A DNA stretch of 64,000 bases from Methylococcales bacterium (GTDB taxonomy: Bacteria; Pseudomonadota; Gammaproteobacteria; Methylococcales; DRLZ01). Shown piece after piece: positions 1-9,784 of the stretch (its first letter is position 1; every line of letters starts with the position of its first letter). The position numbers and the translations under genes are program-made. The DNA is taken from positions 2,230,417 to 2,294,416 of the forward strand of contig CBDCZN010000002.1 in the NCBI GenBank assembly GCA_965224565.1, read 5' to 3'. The notes under the pieces are model-generated. The model was given only the letters and a program-made list of their open reading frames with translations. It ran no database searches and was not told the DNA's origin.

Positions 1-43
1 TAAATTAATATAGACTCCGACTATCACAACAGGCCTTTCACCC

Positions 44-3000
44 ATGTCTATCGTTGAACCACCGAATCGCAAACTCAAACTGTGGATTATTGGCAGTGTT
101 ATTTTTCTGTGTTTATACGCGCTGGCCGGTTTGTTTCTTGTGCCCTGGCTAATTACTTCACAAACGCCTACACAGATAAAAGAAAATCTTGGCCGTGAAG
201 CTTCATTAAAAGAGACAACTTTTAACCCATTTACACTGGAACTGGATATCAAGGGCTTTGAAATGCTTGAGCATAATGGTCAGCCATTCGCCAGTTTTGA
301 ACGCTTGTATGTTAACTATGGGCTATGGAGTTCTATCTCACACCTATCAGTTGCTTTGCAAGACGTATTGCTGGACAAACCCTATGGGCATGTTGATATT
401 CTAAAAGACGGCAGTTTTAATTTTTCCGATTTGTCTAAAAATACTGAGGAGGAACCAGAGACTGAGGAAGAGGAAGATGATGGCCTATTTCCAGTTTGGA
501 TCGGTGATTTAGCACTAAATGATGGATCGGTCAAGCTTGAGGACCATTCTCTGAAAACAGCGTTTACCGAGGAAGTCAAACAACTGAATCTACATATCAA
601 GGGATTAACCACCAAAAAAGACGGTGTAACACCTTACGACATGGCACTGGCACTTGCCTCCGGCGCTAATCTTAAACTGAGTGGCGATACTGTACTCGAC
701 CCATTAACTGCAAAAGGAACTTTAAAACTCTCTAAACTAAGTATGCATAAAGTCTGGGAGTATCTGCGCGACACTGCAGATTTTGAGATGCAACAAGGCG
801 ATCTTGATCTTAGTGCAAAGTACGCTTTTGATGGCAGTGACAAAGAAAAAACAGCAGTTAACATCAGCGATGGTTTGATTACACTCAATGAATTCAAATT
901 CATAACTCTTTCAGGTGATACTACACAACTGGGTTTACCGAAACTCGAACTGAAAGATATTGCAGTCAATGTACAAAGCGCTGCTCAGCAACAAACGATT
1001 GGCATTAAAATTCCTACTGTTAATGCCAATGACACCACTGTCAACATTCAAGGCAGTGATGGTCTGGCTATTGCTATCCCAACACTGGCTTTGACTGATA
1101 CCGGAATTGATATTAACACCGATGAAACACAAAAAACCGCGATTAAAATCAACAATAAACAATTAGCCATTGCTAAGTTTGGACTGGAAACTTCTGGCGT
1201 TCGTGAGTTATTTGTGAAAGTCAGTGATATTGCCTTTGACAATTTCGATATGGATATTGTCAGTAGTGATAACAGTGAACAATCTGTGATGCGCTTGAAC
1301 AATCAAAACCTGTCGGTGAAGAATACAACCATCGGTGGCACTGCGGACAATATTGCTTTAATTGAGGTGCCTACACTCAGTGTCGATAATCTTGGTGTTG
1401 ATCTCGATAAGCAAATAGTGACCATTGCCAAGGTCGGTTCCAGCAAAGCTAAAATCAGCAGCAGGTTGGCAAAAGATGGGGTACTGAATTTACAAGCACT
1501 GTTTGCTGGCACCCCTCAAGAAACTGCGCCCGTAGAAACTCCTGCAGAAAGTGAAGAAAAACCTGCGGATGCTGAATGGACTGTGCAACTGAATACATTG
1601 GCATTAAGCGATTATCAGTTTGATTTTGAAGATAGTAATACACAACCAGCAGCCAAGATAATGCTGAGTCCAATCAATCTAACTATCAATGAGTTCAGCA
1701 CTGATTTCAGCAAACCATTTCAACTGGCGTTTGACACTGACATCAATCAAAAAGGCAGTTTCTCGACCAACGGTTCCGTAGCAATCGATCCTTTATCCAC
1801 ACAGCTGGATATTGCTGCCAACAAGATCGCACTTAATGTATTGCAGCCATATATTAACCAGTTTGCCAAGCTAAAGATGAAAACTGGCAGTTTTTACATG
1901 AAAGGCAAGCTGGATCTTGCTACCAACAAAAGCGATAAACCAGTCGGCAACTTTAAAGGCAATGCCAGTATCTCTAGATTGCGTACTGTTAACACCATCA
2001 ATAAAAAAGATTTTCTGAAATGGAAAGCATTCAACGTCAATGGCATCGCATTTGACCTGGAACCAATGCAACTGGCAATCCGTGAAGTAGCGACCGATGG
2101 GCTCTACAGTCGTGTTGTTATCAATAAAGATAAAACCACAAATTTGGGAGAAATTTTTCCCTCTGATGAGCAACCCGAAGCGAATAAAAACAAAACCAGC
2201 AAGAACAAATCTGATCAGAAAAAATCCACAGAAAAAAAACCGGAAAAAGCAAAACAAGACAGCATGCCCTTGAAAATTGGCACTGTAAAAATCAACAATG
2301 GAGCAGCGCTTTTTTCTGACTTATCGCTGGTCATGCCGTTTGCACTAAATATGACAGATCTTAATGGCACAATCAAAGACATCAGTTCAAGCAAGACACA
2401 AACGGCATCTGTAAATATTGACGGGAAAGTGAACCGCATAGCACCGGTCACGATCGATGGTAGTTTAAAACCATTTGATATTGAAGAGTTTCTGGATATC
2501 AAACTAAACGTACAAGATGTTGATTTAACTGCGATTACCCCTTACATGGCACATTTTGCAGGTTATGCGATCGACAAAGGTAAAATCAGGCTTACACTTA
2601 ACTACAAGATTAAAGAAAAAAAATTACTGGCGGAAAATAATGTCGTCATCGATCAGTTAACTCTGGGCGAGGAAATCGACAGCCCGGATGCTGTGTCATT
2701 ACCAGTTAAACTGGCAATCGGTTTATTACAGGATCAGAATGGTGTGATTGATCTTGATTTGCCAATGGAAGGGAGTCTGGACGAGCCTGAGTTCAGTATC
2801 GCCGGTTTGATTGGAAAAGTATTAGTTAACCTGCTCACCAAAGCTGCCACATCTCCATTCAGCCTGCTGGGTGGATTAGGTGGAGCGGGTGACGATGCAA
2901 GTGGTGTGGTGTTTGCCCGAGGTCTCTCAAAATTAGAGGATGAAGAACTTGAAAAGTTAAAGAAAATCAGTGAAGCACTGAAATCCCGCCCAAAATTAAA

Positions 3001-3484
3001 AGTTGAGGTTAAAGGAATTGCACTTCGTAAAACAGACCGGCTAGGTTTGGCGGAAAATAAACTGCTATCCAGAATGCAGAACGAAAAATGGGACGATATC
3101 GAAGGTGACGACAACGCTCCTGCAAAACCGAATCTGGTTGAGCTGACTCAAAAAGAAGAAAAAGCCATGATCGTCGAATACTACCAGGACGATGTCGAAG
3201 ACGCAAAATCACCCGAAACAACAGAATCAGCCGATGGTGAAGAAATTATTCCAGAAAGTTACTACAAATTGGCAAGAAAAGGCTTGATTGATCAAGTTAA
3301 GATCACTGATCTGGACTTACAACAACTGGCTCAAAAACGTGCAAACAGCATTGCACATCAGCTGATTAAAGTTGGAGGTTTACCTGCTGACCGGATATTT
3401 GTAGTCAAAGAAAATGTCGAAGAGGATAGCGAACCAGAAACGGTAGAAACTGTGACTGTTGAGCTGAAATTAACCACACCCTAG
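44..3484 (+). CDS. Large membrane-anchored envelope protein, AsmA-like/DUF748-type (1146 aa)
   Basis: Single long ORF. N-terminal hydrophobic helix (LWIIGSVIFLCLYALAGLFLVPWLI) is followed by a long low-hydrophobicity region rich in repeats, with acidic and lysine-rich linkers. The family call comes from overall architecture, not a recognised motif. Confidence 0.45.
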   Translation: MSIVEPPNRKLKLWIIGSVIFLCLYALAGLFLVPWLITSQTPTQIKENLGREASLKETTFNPFTLELDIKGFEMLEHNGQPFASFERLYVNYGLWSSISHLSVALQDVLLDKPYGHVDILKDGSFNFSDLSKNTEEEPETEEEEDDGLFPVWIGDLALNDGSVKLEDHSLKTAFTEEVKQLNLHIKGLTTKKDGVTPYDMALALASGANLKLSGDTVLDPLTAKGTLKLSKLSMHKVWEYLRDTADFEMQQGDLDLSAKYAFDGSDKEKTAVNISDGLITLNEFKFITLSGDTTQLGLPKLELKDIAVNVQSAAQQQTIGIKIPTVNANDTTVNIQGSDGLAIAIPTLALTDTGIDINTDETQKTAIKINNKQLAIAKFGLETSGVRELFVKVSDIAFDNFDMDIVSSDNSEQSVMRLNNQNLSVKNTTIGGTADNIALIEVPTLSVDNLGVDLDKQIVTIAKVGSSKAKISSRLAKDGVLNLQALFAGTPQETAPVETPAESEEKPADAEWTVQLNTLALSDYQFDFEDSNTQPAAKIMLSPINLTINEFSTDFSKPFQLAFDTDINQKGSFSTNGSVAIDPLSTQLDIAANKIALNVLQPYINQFAKLKMKTGSFYMKGKLDLATNKSDKPVGNFKGNASISRLRTVNTINKKDFLKWKAFNVNGIAFDLEPMQLAIREVATDGLYSRVVINKDKTTNLGEIFPSDEQPEANKNKTSKNKSDQKKSTEKKPEKAKQDSMPLKIGTVKINNGAALFSDLSLVMPFALNMTDLNGTIKDISSSKTQTASVNIDGKVNRIAPVTIDGSLKPFDIEEFLDIKLNVQDVDLTAITPYMAHFAGYAIDKGKIRLTLNYKIKEKKLLAENNVVIDQLTLGEEIDSPDAVSLPVKLAIGLLQDQNGVIDLDLPMEGSLDEPEFSIAGLIGKVLVNLLTKAATSPFSLLGGLGGAGDDASGVVFARGLSKLEDEELEKLKKISEALKSRPKLKVEVKGIALRKTDRLGLAENKLLSRMQNEKWDDIEGDDNAPAKPNLVELTQKEEKAMIVEYYQDDVEDAKSPETTESADGEEIIPESYYKLARKGLIDQVKITDLDLQQLAQKRANSIAHQLIKVGGLPADRIFVVKENVEEDSEPETVETVTVELKLTTP

Positions 3485-3858
3485 ATCTAAGAACTTGTTC
3501 AAAATCTTGATCAATGGATGCAGCACAAGGCAACAGTGGACGTAAAAGCACAGCATACTGGAGTATGTTAGCATTTTGAGTCCAGTTTTAACGCAGTGAT
3601 GCGCCATTCAGCGAGACCTTGAGTAGGTTCTAAAAAATATTCTAAACGACATCTTGCTGCTTAAATGCGATCTCAAATATCATCGAAATCGGGTCTGTGC
3701 GTAGCAGATTTTAAAACCCCTCGCTTTCTAGCAAAGCATTGATGACTATATGTGATAATAAGCTTTCAATACAATCTCAAACAAAACTGGCAATTAACGA
3801 TTTTTTGATTCACCCAACAAAAGATTGATAGATTGTCATTACCCATCATTAAATTCAT

Positions 3859-4425
3859 ATGAACTGCATTAAAAATGCCCAAAAAGCCGAATACATGATT
3901 AAAAAATCTCGTTTTCTGGGCTTTGCTGCACCTTGTACCAGCGAAAATGATGTCATAGAAATGTTGCGTACTATCCATGCCGAACACAACACTGCAAACC
4001 ACTTAGCGTTTGCCTATCGAGTGCTTGATAACGGACAGATGATTACACGATTTAATGATGCAGGTGAACCGAAAGGAACTGCGGGAAAACCGATACTTGC
4101 ACATATTGAAGGCAAAGACCTGGTCAATACCTTGATTGCAGTGATTCGATATTTCGGTGGCATCAAACTTGGCGCTGGTGGTCTGGTACGCGCATATGGA
4201 ACAACTGCTAAAAACACATTAGAACACTGTACAATAATGCCTTATCGCGCCATGGTATCAGTCAGTTTACAGATAGGCTATGAAAAAATAGATGCATTAC
4301 AGCATGAATTAAAACAATTGGATGGAAGCATTATCTCACAGGATTTTGGTGTTCAGATTCAACTGATTATTCAACTACCTGAAGACAATGTTACGCATCT
4401 ATATCGTTTCAGTAAAACCTATTGA
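3859..4425 (+). CDS. yigZ: IMPACT/YigZ (UPF0029) family protein
   Basis: 188 aa carrying the typical N-terminal KKSRF motif, HLAFAY and GEPxGTAG motifs and the C-terminal DUF1949-like region. Confidence 0.75.
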   Translation: MNCIKNAQKAEYMIKKSRFLGFAAPCTSENDVIEMLRTIHAEHNTANHLAFAYRVLDNGQMITRFNDAGEPKGTAGKPILAHIEGKDLVNTLIAVIRYFGGIKLGAGGLVRAYGTTAKNTLEHCTIMPYRAMVSVSLQIGYEKIDALQHELKQLDGSIISQDFGVQIQLIIQLPEDNVTHLYRFSKTY

Positions 4426-5145
4426 CCATCCATCTATACCTAACAATTTGCAACATCGTTTCCATATAAAATAAAGGGGGTAGTCAGTTAACGCCTCCAC
4501 ACACTATATGTTGTGGTATTTCCGATTAAAGCCATGAGCAATTTCAGTAACTTCTCATTATCTACCGGTACCCTTTAAATCAATGAGTTGTGGCGTATGA
4601 AAAATTGACTTTTATGTATTCAACCGTTGTAAGCCATTGATTAATATGTTGCCTGTAGATAATGAGAAGTTGCCAATTTCAGTCCCATTAATGGAGCCTG
4701 CAACGACTTACTTTCGTTTGATCCTTAAATTCAACCACTATATCTTGTGCCAAGAGGCGCTAGTTGACCACCCCGTTAAAATAAACACTTTGAGGAAGCA
4801 TTGGGTATATTCAGACAGCTATTTTCAATAACCAACAACGACCAAACTCATTTTGCTGCAACAGCATGAATCAAGACTCTTCATCTCAAGCAAAAAAGTT
4901 TTAAATTTTGATTAGCTTACATATGCAAATGCAGACTTACTCAAAAGATCCTTTTGATTTGAAATAGAGATTGGAAAACAACACTCCATCAATACAAAAC
5001 AATCGTATATAACTTTAGATAAGAAGCGAGAATCAAACAACACCTGTAAACGCCTTATTTCCTATTCATTTTCTACGCAGTGTAAATAATCACCTAGTAA
5101 GCAACCATTCATCCTATTGAAATATAATCATATGATACGAATATA

Positions 5146-5310
5146 TATACTCTCCGCACATGAAAATTCAGCATCCTGTGCACGCGCTTTTTTGCGGATA
5201 GTTGCGTTGGAAAACCTTGTTGTAGAACGACTACAGCGAAGGTTTCCCGCCTTACTTTCCACAAAAGATCACGCACACAAAATACTAATTTCTCATGTGA
5301 GAAGAGTATA
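5146..5310. mobile_element. MITE copy 1 (~165 bp, 30-bp TIRs tatactctccgcacatgaaaat..)
   Basis: Terminal inverted repeats tatactctccgcacatgaaaattcagcat / atttctcatgtgagaagagtata; one of at least five near-identical copies in the window; the ORFs inside it are spurious. Confidence 0.8.
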
Positions 5311-5477
5311 GCCACACTGCTTTGACCAGACAACGTTAAAATCAACTACCACGCTTATATAAAACGTAGTGGTTGATTCTGCATGACTAACTACCATTAG
5401 AGTTTGGCACGTTTTATGATAGACTGATTCTATTTTAAATTGTATGAAAAATACAACTGTTTTTGTAGAGAAAATAA

Positions 5478-6698
5478 ATGAAACGATTCGCCATATTATT
5501 TTTCGCCTGGCTGTTTTTTTGCGCTCCCTTTTACTCAGCACACGCTGATGACGCTGAGATTCGTGCATTACGCAAAGAAGTCAGTGAACTCAAGGCTATT
5601 GTTGAGAAATTAACCCAGGGACAAGAAAAATTAACCCATGGACAAGAGCAAAATAAAGTTGAAATCACTCAAATCAAACCCAAGCCACATAGTGATTTCG
5701 ATGTACCTACCTTAAAAATGCAGGGTTTTGGACATTTGCAATACGATTACTCCAATCAATCGTTTAGAGATCGTCCTGACAAAAATACGAACCGCTTTGC
5801 TACCGGAAACCTTGGCTTTACAATCACCTCGCAGATTTCCAAAAAACTCAGTTTTCTCAATGAAACCCTGTTTAAGTTTCAGCAGAGCGGTAATGCGAAT
5901 GTGACTGTCGAGCGAGTTCTCTTGAAATATGAACACGCAAGTTGGCTGAATGTCTCCATAGGTCGAGAACACACCCCCCTTGGCTATTGGAATCAACACT
6001 ACCACCACGCCAGGTGGATGATGACCTCAACTGATCGCCCAGTGATCTATCGAGTTGAGGCCAGCGACGGTATATTACCCATGCATTACGTTGGCCTCGG
6101 ACTGTTTGGCGATTTAGGGTTCGATTTTGGCGATATTGAGTACAGTGTGGCAATTGGTAACGGTCGGGGTCGAAATACCAGAACAGTACAAATGATAGAA
6201 GATAAAAACGACGAAAAACAGATAGCTACAAAATTTACCATTCAGCCAAGCGCGCTGGAAGGGTTTGGTGTCGGCGCCAGTTTCCTTTACGATGTTATTC
6301 CCAACGATCTGGGTACTGTCGGTCGGGAAAATGAGATTGATGAGATCATCGCTGGTGGTCATTTATATTACACGCGCGAACCCTACGAACTCATCGCTGA
6401 ATACAAACATATTCGGCATGACGATTCGAGATCAGTTAAATCGCACCATGGTGGCTATATACAACTAGCTTATAGTATCAATAAGTTTAAGCCCTATTAT
6501 CGTATTGGCTTTCTTGAAATTGATTCCAACGATGTGTTTTTCGCTAACTTAAACGGTGTAGAAGATAGTATCCACCACACTGTTGGGCTGCGCTATGATT
6601 GGTTTCCTTTCGCGGCTATCAAGCTGGAATATCGCAGAATGGATTCTAAAAGCGAAGATTCTAATTCGGTCACGTCACAAGTATCGTTTATTTATTAA
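5478..6698 (+). CDS. Putative outer-membrane beta-barrel porin with N-terminal coiled coil
   Basis: Signal peptide MKRFAILFFAWLFFCAPFYSAHA, a heptad coiled coil, alternating amphipathic strands and a C-terminal ...VSFIY aromatic terminus. Confidence 0.5.
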   Translation: MKRFAILFFAWLFFCAPFYSAHADDAEIRALRKEVSELKAIVEKLTQGQEKLTHGQEQNKVEITQIKPKPHSDFDVPTLKMQGFGHLQYDYSNQSFRDRPDKNTNRFATGNLGFTITSQISKKLSFLNETLFKFQQSGNANVTVERVLLKYEHASWLNVSIGREHTPLGYWNQHYHHARWMMTSTDRPVIYRVEASDGILPMHYVGLGLFGDLGFDFGDIEYSVAIGNGRGRNTRTVQMIEDKNDEKQIATKFTIQPSALEGFGVGASFLYDVIPNDLGTVGRENEIDEIIAGGHLYYTREPYELIAEYKHIRHDDSRSVKSHHGGYIQLAYSINKFKPYYRIGFLEIDSNDVFFANLNGVEDSIHHTVGLRYDWFPFAAIKLEYRRMDSKSEDSNSVTSQVSFIY

Positions 6699-7183
6699 AA
6701 TATAATAGATGCAAGGCTTGCTGACTGTAATTAGTCACTTCAAAAGAAAGCGATCGAGCCAAAATAATTTACTTTGCGTAAAACACCAGTCTTCAACTTC
6801 TACTCAGCAAACACTTACTCTCAACTATAATGGGGCATTGGCATTTAGTGTGTAATTATCATCGAAGGCAAACTGAAAAATGCCGTTGTCACTACTCTAA
6901 ACGAGATCTTTTTTTCGCTCACACCAGAAACAAATCATATACTTTCGGTGTCGAATCGGTGTGTCCACAAATTAGACTGATTACTACAGTACGATACTTT
7001 CCCCAGTGTGATTCTTTAAATAGATTCCAAAAAATACATCGACTACTTTGTGAGTATTGTTACTGGAACGTAATCAGAAGATTCTCCAATAAACTATTTC
7101 ACATGATGAGAATCGACATTACAATATTATTTGCACCTGAGAAATCACTGCGAAGCCTACTTATTAACATTCAGGTTTGATCT

Positions 7184-8260
7184 GTGATGAATTGGTTCAT
7201 ATTTAATCCAGGGTTTGTTCGTAAAAACACAAGAAATTTTCCCTGTAGAACATCCACTGTGCGACTCGTTATGCTTTTTTGCTGCCTTTTTGTCAATGAA
7301 ACTGCATTCGCCGACCTCAGTACAATTCCTCCACTGGTAAAATCGCCACAGCAACAAAAGCAAGCGCAAATAAAAAGTATTATTAAAAAAGCTCGCCAGG
7401 CGATTAATAAAAATCGCTTAACCAAGCCGGTCAACAATAATGCTGTTTACTTTGTTCAGCAGTTATTCACTTTGTCACCAAAGGATAAGCGTGGCTTTAA
7501 AATCCTTTCAGAAGTGCGTAACAGTTATACCGTTTTAGCCTATAAGAAGCTCAGTAACAACCAAATTAGCCAGGCACAAACCTATCACAATAAAGCTAAG
7601 ATGATTGCGCGTCAGTTTAATATCACCTTTGATTCCAAACCCTTGGCAAACTTACAGAGAAACATTAACAAGCGCCAAAGAACACTCACACAGTACAAGC
7701 CTGTACTTACAGCCCAGACTAAACCAAGTAAACCATCTACGAAAACCAAGAAAACAGCCCCAAAAGAACCTTTCACAAGACCCAAAAGAATATACCCTCA
7801 ACGCCAGCCTCAAACTTCACCACGGAAAACCCAGATACCTCTTGAAAAACAGGATACCACGACAGAACCTGTTTTAAGCCTAGCTGAACGAAATCGAATT
7901 GTGGTGATTGTCAACAAACGGAATAAAGTGTCCACTTTAACCCTCCGCGAACTCAAATCTCTGTTTAAAGGCCATCAAAAAACCTGGCCAAATGGAGAAA
8001 TTGTTACTTTGTATTTACCACCGACTGGCGGTGAGACGCTATTATGGTTGGGAAAAAATGTATTTCAGAATAGCTCCCCTGCAGCAGTACCCCAATATTA
8101 TATGGGAGAATTAATCAGAAATGACTTAACAAAAATACCCGAAACCACAACAAACGGAGTATCGGACGTTTCTCGAATCATTGGCGGCATTGCGATCGTT
8201 AAAGTCGGCGAAATTAAAGATAATAATTCTGTAAAGATTGTTCCAATAGATGGTATTTAG
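7184..8260 (+). CDS. Secreted hypothetical protein with a C-terminal periplasmic-binding (PstS-like) fold; real start probably near 7268
   Basis: A hydrophobic signal-like segment (MLFCCLFVNETAFA) is followed by a Lys/Pro/Thr-rich linker. The C-terminal ~130 aa (IVVIVNKRNKVSTLTLRELKSLFKG...WPNGE) resembles the PBP/PstS domain. Confidence 0.35.
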   Translation: MMNWFIFNPGFVRKNTRNFPCRTSTVRLVMLFCCLFVNETAFADLSTIPPLVKSPQQQKQAQIKSIIKKARQAINKNRLTKPVNNNAVYFVQQLFTLSPKDKRGFKILSEVRNSYTVLAYKKLSNNQISQAQTYHNKAKMIARQFNITFDSKPLANLQRNINKRQRTLTQYKPVLTAQTKPSKPSTKTKKTAPKEPFTRPKRIYPQRQPQTSPRKTQIPLEKQDTTTEPVLSLAERNRIVVIVNKRNKVSTLTLRELKSLFKGHQKTWPNGEIVTLYLPPTGGETLLWLGKNVFQNSSPAAVPQYYMGELIRNDLTKIPETTTNGVSDVSRIIGGIAIVKVGEIKDNNSVKIVPIDGI

Positions 8261-8264
8261 CTAT

Positions 8265-8432
8265 ACTATACTCTCCGCACATGAAATTCTAGCATCCTGT
8301 GCACGCACTTTTTGCGGATAACTGCGTTGAAAAACCTTGCTGTAGAAGTGACTACAGCTAAGATTTTCCGCCCTGCTCTCCACAAAATACCACGCACACA
8401 AAATGCTAGATTTTCATGTGCGAAGAGTATAT
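8265..8432. mobile_element. MITE copy 2
   Basis: Same TIRs and palindromic core (aaaaccttgctgtagaagtgactacagctaagatttt) as the other copies. Confidence 0.8.
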
Positions 8433-8504
8433 TACAACTGCCTTTTAAAACTGAGCTTAATTTGGTCTAACGGCAATCGTCTATTTACTAGATAAATTCG
8501 TCAT

Positions 8505-9776
8505 TTGGGTACGCAATTGGAAAGTATAGAATCATCCTTCGAGTTATTCTTGCCAGATATAGAACCCTATCTGGAAAGAATTGACTTATCCTTGCCGGAA
8601 ACTCCGATTGCACCCCTCGATAAATTCACTCTCGTTGTAAACGCCAGTGGCTCCGAATTACCTTGTGATGGCAGTTGGTTTCAAATAACCCTGGCTGGTC
8701 AGAAACTACCGATTGCACCCAAAACAACCATTCTTTCGAAACCGAAAGGTAAAACGTTAAGTGTCGGGCTTAACGGGCAATGGCACGTTCAATTGAAAGC
8801 ACCAGGAGAAGAGGGAGACTACTGGTTACATGTAATCATAGGTTCGGTCGATGCTGACCAAAGAATTGTCAAAATTCCATTTAGTGTAAAACTTATTTCC
8901 CAGCGTGGATTAAATCGGGCATTAATCAATCGGGCATTAACCTCGGTAGCATATTTAGTTACCGCACTAGCTGTGATATGGCTGGCATTTTCTATTAACC
9001 GAGAAACAGCTGATGAAACCTTGAACAGCACAATCAGCATACCTTCGCTAGATCAGACCAAGAACGCACCTTTGACAGAAGGGGCAGAAGTAGAAGCAAC
9101 AAAAGCAGAAAAAGAACAAGCACTAAGATATTTAGAAACAAAAAAATTCATTGATGGGTTACTAGAACAAAGTTTTCATGATCAAAGCGTCCTCGTACGA
9201 CAAGATGCTTGGCGAAAAATTTCTCAATTTATTGAATCACAAGGCAACGCTGACACTCCACTTATCCGGGAAATACTGCGACAAAGATATCAATATAAGC
9301 AACAAGTGGAATCTTGGGTAACATCAAACGATAACCCCCAGGAACTAATCAAACGGCTACAAGTATTAGCCTTTGTCGATGACAATCGGAACGCTCAGCG
9401 CTGGTTAGGAAACTTTTACGCTACTGGAAGAATTGTAATAAAACACTTAGGTAAAGCCTGGCTATGGTATCAACGTGCCGCCAATAAAGGCGATGTCGAG
9501 GCAAATCAGTTGATCGAAGAACTCGAAATCCGCGCAGACCAGATGTTACATTCGTCAAACCTCGATGAACGCTTGCAAGGCTACGAAGTTGCTGAGGAAG
9601 CTGCTTCTGCCGGCGGTGTTAATTCGCAATTATGGATGGGGTATCGTTATGAAACTGGTGATGGTGTCGAACGTGACTTAGTAATAGCCGCTAGCTGGTA
9701 CAGTAAAGCAGCCGAACAAGGAAATACTCTGGCGAATGAAAAACTTACGAAAATATTGGATATGATCCCCAGGTAA
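8505..9776 (+). CDS. Membrane protein with C-terminal Sel1/TPR-like repeats
   Basis: A TM helix (SVAYLVTALAVIWLAFSI) in the middle; the C-terminus carries Sel1-like repeats (WLGNFYATGRIV.., WYQRAANKGDVEA.., WMGYRYETGDGVERD.., WYSKAAEQGN). Confidence 0.5.
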   Translation: MGTQLESIESSFELFLPDIEPYLERIDLSLPETPIAPLDKFTLVVNASGSELPCDGSWFQITLAGQKLPIAPKTTILSKPKGKTLSVGLNGQWHVQLKAPGEEGDYWLHVIIGSVDADQRIVKIPFSVKLISQRGLNRALINRALTSVAYLVTALAVIWLAFSINRETADETLNSTISIPSLDQTKNAPLTEGAEVEATKAEKEQALRYLETKKFIDGLLEQSFHDQSVLVRQDAWRKISQFIESQGNADTPLIREILRQRYQYKQQVESWVTSNDNPQELIKRLQVLAFVDDNRNAQRWLGNFYATGRIVIKHLGKAWLWYQRAANKGDVEANQLIEELEIRADQMLHSSNLDERLQGYEVAEEAASAGGVNSQLWMGYRYETGDGVERDLVIAASWYSKAAEQGNTLANEKLTKILDMIPR

Positions 9777-9784
9777 CATCATGA

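Noticed and set aside
5109-5345. ORFs 5109..5345(-) and 5117..5311(+), 78 and 64 aa
   Set aside because: They lie entirely within MITE copy 1. The same pseudo-ORFs recur in every MITE copy (for example 41242..41469, 41352..41591, 42675..42917), so they are artefacts of the palindromic element.
6830-7180. ORF 6830..7180 (116 aa, Cys/His-rich)
   Set aside because: Low-complexity composition; no RBS-like context; it overlaps the probable promoter region of the next gene. Treated as non-coding.
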